From NCBI GenBank assembly GCA_963770875.1, contig CAVYRE010000005.1, forward strand, positions 391,542 to 455,541: DNA of 64,000 bases, in the 5' to 3' direction. The stretch comes from an uncultured Chloroflexia bacterium (GTDB taxonomy: Bacteria > Chloroflexota > Limnocylindria > QHBO01). How positions within the stretch are numbered: the first letter of the stretch is position 1; the number at the start of each line of letters is the position of its first letter. Made by a program: the position numbers and the translations under genes. Below are positions 30,750 through 40,256 of this stretch, piece by piece. The notes under the pieces are model-generated. The model searched no databases. It worked only from the letters and a program-made list of their open reading frames with translations, and had not been told where the DNA came from.

Positions 30750-32161
30750 GCACCCAGGAGATCGTCACCTTCTTCGTCTACCTGGTCGGCTCGGTCACCT
30801 TCATCCTGGGCCTCAAGTTCCTCGCCTCACCGGTCTCGGCGCGGCGCGGCAACCGCCTCGCGGCGACCGGCATGGCGATCGTGGTCGGCTGGGTCTTCAT
30901 CACCGAGTTCCTGCTCCGCGACGGCGGCCTCTCCACCGTCTGGATCCTGGCGATCGGGATCCCGGTCGGGACGCTGATCGGCGCCGTCGGGGCTCGTCGC
31001 GTGCCGATGACCGCCATGCCGCAGATGGTCGCCATCTTCAACGGCGCCGGCGGCGGCGCCGCGGCGGTGGTCGCCTCGGCCGAGTTCCTGCGCGACGCGG
31101 GGGGTGGCGGCGCGACCCTGCCGGTCACCTTCATGGTCGCCACCCTGCTCGGCGCGGTGATCGGCTCGGTCTCGTTCACCGGCTCGATCATCGCCTTCGG
31201 CAAGCTCCAGGGGATCGTCTCGGGGCGTCCCGTCACCTACCCCGGCGACAAGATCGTGTCCGGCGCCGTGGTGGCGGGGATCCTCGTCCTGGGCGTGGTC
31301 CTCACCCTGGTCACCAACAGCATCCCGCTCTTCCTCGTGTTCGTGGCGCTGGCGCTGGTCCTGGGCGTGGCGGCGGTGATGCCGATCGGCGGGGCCGACA
31401 TGCCGGTGGTGGTGAGCCTGCTGAACGCCTACACCGGCATCGCCGTGGCGGCGACCGGGTTCGTCCTCGACAACTACGCCCTGCTCGTGGCCGGAACCCT
31501 GGTCGGCGCATCCGGCTCGATCCTGACCCAGCTGATGTGCCGCGCCATGAACCGGTCCATCTTCAACGTCCTGTTCGGCGCCTTCGGGACGGCCGGCGGA
31601 GCGGTGGCGGCCGGCGCCGCGGGCGAGCAGAGCATCCACGAGATCAGCGCCGAGGACGCGGCCGTGCTGATGGCCTACGGCAGCAAGGTGATCATCGTCC
31701 CCGGCTACGGGATGGCAGTGGCGCAGGCGCAGCAGCAGGTCCGTGAGCTGATGGACCTGCTCATCGCCAAGGGGGTGGACGTCGAGTTCGCGATTCACCC
31801 GGTCGCGGGTCGGATGCCCGGCCACATGAACGTCCTGCTGGCCGAGGCCAACGTCCCCTACGACCGGCTCAAGGAGATGGACGAGATCAACGACGACTTC
31901 CCGAACGCCACCGTGGCGCTCGTGATCGGCGCCAACGACGTCACCAACCCGGCCGCCCGCACCGACAAGTCCTCGCCGATCTACGGCATGCCGATCCTGA
32001 ACGTCGACCAGGCCGAGCACGTGATCGTGCTGAAGCGCTCGATGGCAGCGGGCTTCGCCGGCATCGACAACCCGCTCTACGGCGAGCCGAAGACGACGAT
32101 GCTCTTCGGCGACGCGAAGAAGAGCGTCGAGGCCCTGGTGGCCGGGGTGAAGGCTGCCTAG
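30746..32161 (+). CDS. pntB: NAD(P) transhydrogenase subunit beta
   Basis: MTAMPQMVA, IGGADMPVV, PGYGMAVAQAQ, HPVAGRMPGHMNV, GANDVTNP; GTG start at the GTGA overlap. Confidence 0.95.
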   Translation: MSTQEIVTFFVYLVGSVTFILGLKFLASPVSARRGNRLAATGMAIVVGWVFITEFLLRDGGLSTVWILAIGIPVGTLIGAVGARRVPMTAMPQMVAIFNGAGGGAAAVVASAEFLRDAGGGGATLPVTFMVATLLGAVIGSVSFTGSIIAFGKLQGIVSGRPVTYPGDKIVSGAVVAGILVLGVVLTLVTNSIPLFLVFVALALVLGVAAVMPIGGADMPVVVSLLNAYTGIAVAATGFVLDNYALLVAGTLVGASGSILTQLMCRAMNRSIFNVLFGAFGTAGGAVAAGAAGEQSIHEISAEDAAVLMAYGSKVIIVPGYGMAVAQAQQQVRELMDLLIAKGVDVEFAIHPVAGRMPGHMNVLLAEANVPYDRLKEMDEINDDFPNATVALVIGANDVTNPAARTDKSSPIYGMPILNVDQAEHVIVLKRSMAAGFAGIDNPLYGEPKTTMLFGDAKKSVEALVAGVKAA

Positions 32162-32843
32162 CTCCGCGCAGGACCGATGGGTCGTCCTCGACGTGGGCGA
32201 GACGCTCATCGACGAGACGCGCGTCTGGTCGCTCTGGGCCGACATGCTCGGCGTCCCGCGGCTCACCTTCCTGGCCGCCTTCGGGCTCGACTCATCGCGC
32301 GGCGGCAGCGAGTTCCGGGACATCTTCGAGATGCTTCGGCCTCGCCGACTGGCGCACTCGATGGCCCGATCACGAGGCGATCTACGGCGGCTTCCAGGCG
32401 GAGGACCTCTATCCCGATGCCCTCCCGGCGATGCGCCGCGCTGCGGAGAAGGGGCTACCGGGTTGCGGTGATCGGCAACCAGCCGGCGAGTCGCGAGCGA
32501 CCAGCTGCGCGCCCTGGGGGTCGGGCGTCGAGGTGATCGCCATGTCCGAGGCGATGGGCATCGCCAAGCCGGCTCGCCGCCTTCTTCGACCGGGCGCTCG
32601 AGCTGATCGGCTCGCCCGACCCGGCATCGGTCGCCTACGTCGGGGATCGGATCGAGAACGACGTGGTGCCGGCGACGGCCGCCGGGATGCGTGCGGTCTG
32701 GATCCGTCGCGGGCCGTGGGGCGTCATCCAGCGTCTGCCACGACGGATTCACGCCGGCCCTCGTGGTCGACTCGCTGGCCGAGCTGGCGGAGCGCATCGA
32801 CGAGGCCTGGTCGGGCTTGCCCGGGAGCGAGGAGAGCCGCTAG
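32154..32843 (+). CDS. HAD family hydrolase (multiple frameshifts)
   Basis: WVVLDVGETLIDETR, LYPDALP, VIGNQP, GIAKP, YVGDRIENDV.PA..AGM spread across frames; start uncertain. Confidence 0.75.
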
Positions 32844-32903
32844 ACTCAGGGCGCCGCCGTTGCGGCACAGGCCGGACCGGGCCTCTATCGCCGGCCCAAG
32901 GTG

Positions 32904-32936
32904 GAGACTGCGCAACGCTGCGTGGTCTCTTTCGTT
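32904..32936 (+). terminator. Intrinsic terminator-like hairpin in the leader of the cation:proton antiporter
   Basis: GAGACTGCGCA-acgc-TGCGTGGTCTC stem (two G-U pairs) followed by TTTCGTT. Confidence 0.45.
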
Positions 32937-32961
32937 GTCTGCGAACCGAGGAGCCGATCTC

Positions 32962-34137
32962 GTGGAGAATCCATCGCAGGTCCTCTTCCAGCTCTTCGTG
33001 CTGCTGCTCGCCACCAAGCTCGGCGACGAGCTCTTCAAGCGCATCGGGCAGCCGGCGCTGGTCGGCGAGATCCTCGGCGGGGTGCTCGTCGGCCCCGCCG
33101 TGCTCGGCTGGTTCCAGATCACGCCGGAGACCTCGCTCTTCGCGGAGATCGGGGCGGTTCTGCTCCTCTTCGAGATTGGCGTGGACACGCGAATCGGTGA
33201 GGTGATCCAGGTTGGCCGCACCGCATTGGCGGTGGCCGTGCTGGGGGTGATCGTCCCGTTCGTGGGCGGCTACCTGCTCGGCGGCGCGCTGGGCCTCGGC
33301 GACAGCGGCCGCATCTTCCTGGCCGCGACCCTCACCGCCACCTCCGTGGGCATCACCGGCGGGTGCCCTCCAGGGGCTCGGCGCGCTTGCCACCACGTCC
33401 GGACGGGTGATCATCGGCGCGGCGGTGATCGATGACGTCCTCGCCATGCTGATCGTGGCGGTCGTGGTGGGGGTCTCCGCGGGCGAGGTGAGCCCGGAGC
33501 GCCTCCTGCTGCTCCTGGCCCTGGCCGTGGCCTTCATCGGGATCGTTGCCGTGGGCGGCACCGGGATCCTCCGCCGGCGCCGGTCCCTGCTGACCGATCC
33601 CAAGCTTCGCGGAGACTCCCTTCCTGCCCGGCATGATCCTGATGCTGGGGCTCGCCGCGCTGGCGGCCCAGATCGGCCTGGCGGCCATCATCGGCGCGTT
33701 CCTGGCCGGCATGGTGGTGGGGGAGTCGAGCGAGCGGCATGCCCTCGAGACCGAGACCGCGCCGGTGGCCGCCTTCTTCACGCCGTTCTTCTTTGGATTC
33801 GTGGGTGCGCACGTCGACCCGGCCGTGTTCGGCAGCCTCGGCACGCTGGGGCTCGCTGGCCTCGGTCACGCTGCTGGCGGTGGCGGCCAAGTTCGCCGGC
33901 TCGTTCCTGGGCGCGATCCGAACCGGGCGGAGGCGGGCCACGCTGATCGCATGGGGGATGGTGCCGAGGGGCGAGGTCGAGATCATCGTCGCCGGCCTCG
34001 CGCTGACCGCCGGGGCTTTCGATGCCCCGCTCTACGCGGCGATCGTCGGCATGGTGGTGATCACCGCCGTGGTCGTGCCGCCGCTGATGGGGCCGCTGGT
34101 GCGGCGTGCGGAGCCGGGGGTCGCCGAGCCGGCCTGA
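32962..34137 (+). CDS. Cation:proton antiporter (CPA2, NapA/KefB-like; frameshifts)
   Basis: GQPALVGEILGG, TATSVGI, GAAVIDDV, IIGAFLAG, GMVPRGEV. Confidence 0.88.
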
Positions 34138-34143
34138 CGCCGA

Positions 34144-35472
34144 TCAGGCGATGGCGGCATCGGTCGCGTCGAGCGCCCGGTCGATGATCGCGAATCCTTC
34201 GCGCAGCTGCTCCTCGGTGATGCACAGCGGCGGGTTGGTGAAGACCTGGTTCCAGTGGAGCATGGTGTACAGGCCATCGGTCCGCAGCCGGTAGTCGAGG
34301 GCCGCGAGCTCGGGCGATGACGTGTTGAAGGGCGCCATCGGCTCCATCGTCTCGCGCGAGCGCACCAGCTCGAAGACACCGAAGAGGCCGATGCTGCGCA
34401 CCGTCCCCACGCTCGGGTGGCGGGCCTGCAGCTTCGCGAGCTCCTCCTTCATGACCGGGTCGAGGCGCGCGGCGTTGCCGACCATGTCCTCGTCGCGCAG
34501 CACGCTGACCGCCGCGATCGCCGCCGCGCAGCTGATCGGGTGGGACGAGTAGGTGAGCCCGCCGAAGTAGACCCGCTCGTTGAAGTGCTCCGCGATCCGC
34601 GGGCTCATCGCCACGGCACCGAGCGGCAGGTACGAGCTGGTCAGCCCCTTGGCCACCGTCATCAGGTCCGGGACGATGCCCCAGTGATCGACGGCGAACC
34701 AGCGCCCGGTGCGGCCGAAGCCTGCCATCACCTCGTCGCAGATCATCACGATCCCGTACTTCGTGCACAGGTCGCGGATCCCCTTGAGGTAGCCGTCCGG
34801 CGGGATGAGGATGCCGTTCGTGCCGGTGACCGTCTCCATGATGAAGGCGGCGATGGTGTGCGGCCCCTCGTACTGCATCACCTCTTCGATGTACTCGAGG
34901 TGCTCCGCCGCCGGCTCGGCCTCTCCGCGCCCCCAGCGCCACGGGTCAAGGACCCGGATGATGCCGGGAACCCCCGGCTCGTTGGCCCAGCGGCGCGGGT
35001 CGCCGGTCACGCTGATCGCCCCGGCAGTCGCGCCGTGGTACGAGCGGTGGTAGGCCATCACCTTCTGGCGCCCGGTCACCATGCGGGCCATGCGCAGCGC
35101 GTTCTCGTTCGCCTCCGCGCCACCCAGGGTGAAGAAGAACCGATTCAGGTCGCCCGGTGTCACCTCGGCCAGGAGCTGGCCCAGCCGGCCACGCACCTCG
35201 GTCGCGAACTGCGGCGCGGCGAAGGCCAGCTTGTGCGCCTGCTCGGCGATCGCGTCAGCCACCTTCCGGTTCCCGTGCCCGATGTTGATGCTCATCAGCT
35301 GGGAGTTGAAGTCGAGGTACCGCTTGCCGTCGGGGTCCCAGAAGTAGACCCCCTCGGCCCGGTCGATGACGATCGGGTTGATGTGCGACTGGGCGCTCCA
35401 CGAGAAGAAGGTGAACTCGCGGTTGAGATGCAGGATCTCGTCGGTGGTGAGCCGATCGGCGGTGACGGTCAT
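34144..35472 (-). CDS. Class III PLP aminotransferase (beta-alanine/taurine:pyruvate type)
   Basis: [44 protein letters not shown]. Confidence 0.92.
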   Translation of the reverse strand: MTVTADRLTTDEILHLNREFTFFSWSAQSHINPIVIDRAEGVYFWDPDGKRYLDFNSQLMSINIGHGNRKVADAIAEQAHKLAFAAPQFATEVRGRLGQLLAEVTPGDLNRFFFTLGGAEANENALRMARMVTGRQKVMAYHRSYHGATAGAISVTGDPRRWANEPGVPGIIRVLDPWRWGRGEAEPAAEHLEYIEEVMQYEGPHTIAAFIMETVTGTNGILIPPDGYLKGIRDLCTKYGIVMICDEVMAGFGRTGRWFAVDHWGIVPDLMTVAKGLTSSYLPLGAVAMSPRIAEHFNERVYFGGLTYSSHPISCAAAIAAVSVLRDEDMVGNAARLDPVMKEELAKLQARHPSVGTVRSIGLFGVFELVRSRETMEPMAPFNTSSPELAALDYRLRTDGLYTMLHWNQVFTNPPLCITEEQLREGFAIIDRALDATDAAIA

Positions 35473-35573
35473 GGGTACCTCGAGCGCAGCGGGTGGCGCG
35501 TTATCGGTGTGGGAAGCCGATTACACCACACGCGGGAAGGGGCAATCTCCGTTGACCCGGCGGGCGGCGGCGG

Positions 35574-35756
35574 GCCGTCCGGGATAAGCCTGGCTACTGT
35601 TCCTGCGCCCGTGACGCAGGCAGGGCAACGTTCCAGAAGTCCAGCTACTGCAGCGACGCCCGAAAGGCCGCATCGGCGCCGGAATATCAGCCGGGCTGCT
35701 GGTTGTCGTCGGATTGGTGCACGAGCAGTAGCCCGGCTTATCGGCTCGGGAGCGGC
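35574..35756 (+). ncRNA. Candidate structured non-coding RNA (about 183 nt), unassigned family
   Basis: 20-nt closing helix 35583-35602 / 35723-35742, internal hairpin CCTGCG/CGCAGG, CC-GAAA-GG tetraloop; G-U pairs favour the plus strand; lies in a 360-nt intergenic gap. Confidence 0.55.
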
Positions 35757-35832
35757 GAGCCATTTCTGCGTTGACCGCGAGCCCCGTGGGGTCTGGCCAT
35801 CGGCCGGCACCGATCCCGATACTGTGCACTCC

Positions 35833-36937
35833 ATGCGCGCCAATGGTCCTCTCCGGGTACTGGTCCTGCTGCTGGCCGTCAGCCTGCTTCCGGTCGTTGC
35901 CGTCTCCGCCCACCACGGGCCGACCGTCGCGGAGGTCGTGGCGGAGGCGGGTGCCGTCACGCCACCGATGACGTGCACCCCATCCGGTGGTCAGCAGGCC
36001 TGCGCCGCCGCTGAACGTGTGCTCAACCACCAGGGGACGATCACGCCGGACAAGGGCCCGCTTGCGTCGCTGACGACCAAAGTGAATGCGGTCCTGGTGC
36101 CTGGAGCGACCCCGATCTACGCGATGTCGGCACCCGATCAGTCGTGGAACGCGACCTTGCACGGGGTCGGCTGCGCGAGCCCGAACGCCGTCGGCGCGTT
36201 CATGGCGAACCTCGGCGCCAATTCGGGCAAGGCCAAGACGCTTGGGCCGATCAACGCCGGCGAGTGCCAGCTCTCCGGCTCTCTGGCCATCCCGGCGACC
36301 GGGGCCTCACCCTACTACACGGTCATGAGCACGGAGCTGGCGTCGGCCTTGCCGACGCCCACGCCCACACCGACGCCCAAGCCGACGGCCACGCCCACCC
36401 CGACGCTGAAGCCGACCCCGACGCCGACCCTCAGGCCGACCGCCACACCCACGACGCGCCCGACGGCGACGCCCACCGCCCCGCCCACGGCAACGGCAAA
36501 GCCGACCGCCACCACCACGGTGACCGCTCGACCAACCGCGAGGTCCACCGCCACCGCGACCGAGTCGACAACCCCCAGCCCCACGGCAACGGCCTCTGGC
36601 ACCGCGACGCTGCCCGTGCAACACGCCCGAGCAGAGCGTCCTGGGATTCACCTTCACCGCGGAGCCGTCGAGCGCACCGCCGGCCCCGGCCGGCGGAGGC
36701 GGTCCCAACGACTGGGCGGGATCGGTCCCATCCGCGAACCAGGTCAGCACCGACGGGGTGAATCTCGCGGGGAGCGCCCTCGCCGCGCTGCTGCTGCTGC
36801 TGGCGATGGGCTTCATCGGTGAGCTCTTCAACGACACCTTCGAGGGCAACTACGACCGCATCCTCGCCTGGTGGCAGAAGAGCTGGCTGGGGAAGGTCGG
36901 GAAGGCGTTCAGCGGCCTGTGGGGAGGCGGCAGGTGA
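35833..36937 (+). CDS. Exported protein with Pro/Thr-rich stalk and C-terminal membrane anchor (frameshift near 36620)
   Basis: Signal peptide, 4-Cys domain, (PT)n linker, then TM and [14 protein letters not shown] in the shifted frame, ending in TGA at 36935-36937. Confidence 0.68.
36350..36600 (+). repeat. Low-complexity Pro/Thr/Ala coding repeat
   Basis: Degenerate CCGACG/ACGCCC repeats encoding [14 protein letters not shown]. Confidence 0.8.
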
Positions 36938-37689
36938 TCCGGATCGCGGCGGCCGTCCTCGTGGCGGCGGTGATCAGCTCGTTCCTGAGCCCGAAGCTTG
37001 GGTTCAACGCGCAGTCGCTGGCCGTCCTGCTGGGGTTCGTGATCGCCCTGGTCGTGATCCTGGTCACGTTCGAGCTGCCCGGTTTGGTCGAGCATCGGCG
37101 CAGCACCGGTGAGATGGGACGGCTGCGCGTGCTGCCGTGGGCCCTGGCCCTCGCCGCGCTCTTCGTGCTGATCTCGCGGCTCGCCGCGCTCCAGCCCGGT
37201 TACCTGTGGGGCGTGGTGCTGGGCGTCGTGCTCATGCGCCCCCACACGGAGGCCGATGAGGGTCGGGAGGCGGCTGCCGGCGCCCTCTGGACATTCGCCG
37301 TGTCGATCGCCGCCTGGCTCCTCCTCGGCTGGGCGCGCAACGCCGCGGGAACCGAGGTCTCGTTCATGTCAACCATGCTGCAGACCGCGCTGGCGGCGAT
37401 CGTGGTGTCGGGGCTGGAGGCGGTCGCCATCGGGCTGCTGCCGTTCCGGTTCATGCCCGGGGTGGCGGTCTACAAGTGGAACCGGCTCGTCTGGGCGCTC
37501 CTCTGCGGCGCCGGCCTGTTCGCCTTCATCCACATCCTGGTGGGGCCATCGGTCGGCTACCTGTCCGATCTCACCGCCCCGGCCTGGCTCGCGGCGATGG
37601 GCATTTTCGCCGCCTTCGGCATCTTCACCATCCTGTTCTGGGCCTGGTTCCGGTTCCGGCCGTCACCCGTGACCGAGGGCGCCGAGTAA
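36934..37689 (+). CDS. FGLLP-motif-type integral membrane protein
   Basis: LQPGYLWGVV, GLEAVAIGLLPFRFMPG, FWAWFR; GTG at the GTGA overlap. Confidence 0.72.
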   Translation: MIRIAAAVLVAAVISSFLSPKLGFNAQSLAVLLGFVIALVVILVTFELPGLVEHRRSTGEMGRLRVLPWALALAALFVLISRLAALQPGYLWGVVLGVVLMRPHTEADEGREAAAGALWTFAVSIAAWLLLGWARNAAGTEVSFMSTMLQTALAAIVVSGLEAVAIGLLPFRFMPGVAVYKWNRLVWALLCGAGLFAFIHILVGPSVGYLSDLTAPAWLAAMGIFAAFGIFTILFWAWFRFRPSPVTEGAE

Positions 37690-37700
37690 AGGCGACGGGC

Positions 37701-37740
37701 TTGACATGTATCGCGCGGCGTTATATCGTTCGCCGATACA
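37701..37740 (+). promoter_or_regulatory. Sigma70 promoter with tandem palindromic operators upstream of padR-family gene
   Basis: TTGACA-17 nt-TATCGT; palindromes TGTATCG-N5-CGTTATA and TATATCG-N5-CGATACA. Confidence 0.78.
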
Positions 37741-37752
37741 ACTTCCCTGGAG

Positions 37753-38091
37753 GTGCCCGTGGCCAGCCCCCCGAACCCCGCCGACGAGTTGAGTCCGTTC
37801 GCCGCACCCGCGTTGCTCGTGCTCGCCACGCTGGCCGATGGCCCGAAGCACGGCTACGCGATCATGCAGGACGCCGAGCAGCTGACCGGCCAGGCACTCG
37901 GGCCGGGGACCCTCTACGCCGCCCTCGCCCGCCTGGAGCGCCGCGGGCTCATCGAGCCAGTGGCGTCTGATGATCGCCGGCGGCCGTACCGGCTGACCGG
38001 CCTCGGCGCCTCGGCCTTGCAGGCGCATCTCGCTCACCTCCAGCGCTTCGCCGGTGCAACGCTCCGCCGCCTCGGCGAGGGGGCGCCGTGA
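37753..38091 (+). CDS. PadR family transcriptional regulator
   Basis: LADGPKHGYAIM, LGPGTLYAALARLERRGLI, RRRPYRLT. Confidence 0.92.
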   Translation: MPVASPPNPADELSPFAAPALLVLATLADGPKHGYAIMQDAEQLTGQALGPGTLYAALARLERRGLIEPVASDDRRRPYRLTGLGASALQAHLAHLQRFAGATLRRLGEGAP

Positions 38092-38840
38092 ACGCGCGAC
38101 GGCTCGTCGCGCTCTACCCCGCCGGCTGGCGAGCGCGCTACGAGGAAGAGTTCCTCGCCATGCTGGAGCAGCGGCCGCCTCGCCTGTCGCAGGTCATCGA
38201 CATTGCCTGGGGCGCGATCGACGCCCACCTCTTTCCGCAGGCTCCCGAAGGGAGGTATCGGATGTTCACCCGGATCAGTGGCCTTGCCGCGATCGGCGCG
38301 GGACTGCTCGTGCTCATCGGCTTTGCCGTCAACGTCGGCGGCATGATCGACATCGACGCGACCACGAACGCCCTCCGGATCCTCGCCTTCTACCTGCTCG
38401 CGCTCGTCGGGCTGGCGGGTGTCCACGTCCGCCAGGTGGCTATTCGCCCAGCGCTGGCGTGGACCGGATTCGGCGCGGGCCTCGTGGCTCTGCTCCTCGG
38501 CGTGGTGTCGATCGGTGTCTCCCTGGCCGGCGCGCCGATCTCGCAGCAGACGGCCGGCGTTTTCGGCTTTGTGGCCGGGGCGATCCTGTGGATCGGCTTC
38601 AGCGTCGTCGGCGCCACGATGCTCGCCGCGCGCGTCTTTCCGATGCCCATCGGGCTGGGGATGACGATCGCGTCGACGATGGCGCTGGTCGGGCTCAACC
38701 TGCGCGACCCGGACGTCGGGCTCGGGATCATCTCGGCCCTGGCGCAGGTCGGGATCGCGCTCTACGCCGTGGCATGGATCGGGATCGGCCTCAGCCTGGT
38801 CGCGGCACAGCCGCGGGAAGGGGTCCTCGCGACGTCCTAG
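38088..38840 (+). CDS. PadR-associated membrane protein
   Basis: LVALYPAGWRARYEEEF cytoplasmic prefix followed by about six TM helices. Confidence 0.8.
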   Translation: MNARRLVALYPAGWRARYEEEFLAMLEQRPPRLSQVIDIAWGAIDAHLFPQAPEGRYRMFTRISGLAAIGAGLLVLIGFAVNVGGMIDIDATTNALRILAFYLLALVGLAGVHVRQVAIRPALAWTGFGAGLVALLLGVVSIGVSLAGAPISQQTAGVFGFVAGAILWIGFSVVGATMLAARVFPMPIGLGMTIASTMALVGLNLRDPDVGLGIISALAQVGIALYAVAWIGIGLSLVAAQPREGVLATS

Positions 38841-39045
38841 CTACTCGCTCGCTGCGCGCAGGATCGCGTCGGCGGTGCGGTCGATATCGGCCTCGGTGGT
38901 GGACCAGCTGCCGACGCTGATGCGCGTGGCCCCCATGCCGTGCCAGGTGGTGCCGCCATCCACGCGTCGCCCTCGTCCTGCACGCGGGTCATCACCTCGC
39001 GCGTGAACGCGTCGGCATCGCCGCCGCCGGGCCGCAGTGTCCGAC
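38841..39045 (-). pseudogene. C-terminal remnant of a PLP-dependent (group II) amino acid decarboxylase
   Basis: Hand translation across one frameshift: DAFTREVMTRVQDEGDAWM-GTTWHGMGATRISVGSWSTTEADIDRTADAILRAASE*; no room for the rest of the gene. Confidence 0.7.
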
Positions 39046-39053
39046 CCCGGTCG

Positions 39054-39692
39054 TCAGGCACGGTTGTCCTCCCACAGGGTTGCGGCCACCAGGACTCCCG
39101 GGTCGCGCAGCGGCTCACCGACCAGCTGGGCCAGGCGCTCGGCGACGGCCCACCAGTCGAACGACTCGGTCACGTCGGAGGCGTTCACGAGGAGGAGCCG
39201 CTCCCCGGGGATGTAGCTCGGGATGATGCGGTCGAGGATCGCCTCGATCTCGTCGCGGAACGCATCGTTGGTGGAGCGCACCCCGTCCGCCAGCAGCGCC
39301 ACGTCGGGCAGCAGGCGCACGAACAGGTCGTAGGTCGTGGCCCAGTGGCGGATGAGCGGCTCGACGCTGAACGGATCGCCGCCATCGGTCACCCGCAGGA
39401 AGTACGCGAAGTTGTCGACGACGGACCGATCGGTGACGAGCACCTCGGCCCGCTTCCGCAGCTCGAGCTCCTGCTGGATCTGCGCCATCAGCACCCAGAG
39501 CTGGGCCTCGGGCGTGGCCCCCTCGTTCAGGCCGAGGGGGTTGAAGCGGACCATCTCGCGGCCGACCTCGACGCTGCGCCCGGCGCGGCCGATGGTGCTG
39601 GCGAAGGCGTGCACGGCGTTCGTCTTGCGCACCGAATGCGAGCCGATGAAGGCGATCTTGGCGGGGTGGGTCCAGGTCATCTGTCTGGGCAT
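39054..39692 (-). CDS. P-loop nucleotide kinase-like / AAA_28 family protein
   Basis: KIAFIGSHSVRKT, LVTDRSVVDNFAY, DGVRS. Confidence 0.72.
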   Translation of the reverse strand: MPRQMTWTHPAKIAFIGSHSVRKTNAVHAFASTIGRAGRSVEVGREMVRFNPLGLNEGATPEAQLWVLMAQIQQELELRKRAEVLVTDRSVVDNFAYFLRVTDGGDPFSVEPLIRHWATTYDLFVRLLPDVALLADGVRSTNDAFRDEIEAILDRIIPSYIPGERLLLVNASDVTESFDWWAVAERLAQLVGEPLRDPGVLVAATLWEDNRA

Positions 39693-39754
39693 TGTGTCAC
39701 TCGGGTGCGGGCGCGAAAACGTCCTCGTCGCGCCCGTCGCAGGGGCATCATGTG

Positions 39755-40249
39755 ATGTCTATGGCGACCCATGCGAGGCGTGACGAGGTCGCGTCCCCAG
39801 CCACGAACCTGCGAGGCGGGAACGCTCGACTGGTCGACGCCCTCGAATCGCTCGCCATTGCACTCGTGGCCCTCACCTCGCGCGCGATCGAGGAGGTCGC
39901 CAGCCGAGGGGAGATGACCCTGCGCCAGTGGCGCGTTCTGGTTGTCCTCGGCGATGCCGGCGATGGCCTCCGCGTGTCGCAGGTTGCGTCGCGAATCTCC
40001 GCCTCCGGATCGTCCACCACCCGGTTGGTCGACCGGCTCGAGCGGCGCGGGCTCGTGAGCGCGTCTGTCGACTCGTCCGATCGGCGCGCACTCGTCCTGC
40101 GGCTGACACCAGCAGGCGAGGCATTGCGATCGCGAGTCCTCGAGCGACGGCGGGGGCTGATCGGCGAGGCCATTGCGGGTAGAGACCTCTCCCCGGCGGC
40201 CGCGCGCGAACTGACCGAGCTTGCGAGCTTGCTGGAGCCCGTGGGCTGA
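39755..40249 (+). CDS. MarR family transcriptional regulator
   Basis: TLRQWRVL, TTRLVDRLERRGLV, DRRALVLRLTPAG. Confidence 0.9.
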   Translation: MSMATHARRDEVASPATNLRGGNARLVDALESLAIALVALTSRAIEEVASRGEMTLRQWRVLVVLGDAGDGLRVSQVASRISASGSSTTRLVDRLERRGLVSASVDSSDRRALVLRLTPAGEALRSRVLERRRGLIGEAIAGRDLSPAAARELTELASLLEPVG

Positions 40250-40256
40250 GCGTCGC

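Noticed and set aside
29236-32161. Three-gene transhydrogenase as a novelty
   Set aside because: A split alpha subunit is a well-known arrangement
35574-35756. Retron msr-msd or hairpin ribozyme identity for the structured element
   Set aside because: No reverse transcriptase in the window; AGAA and GUC are present but helix 2 and loop B of the hairpin ribozyme cannot form
36350-36600. Non-coding repeat array
   Set aside because: Degenerate codon-level repeats encoding an ordinary Pro/Thr linker
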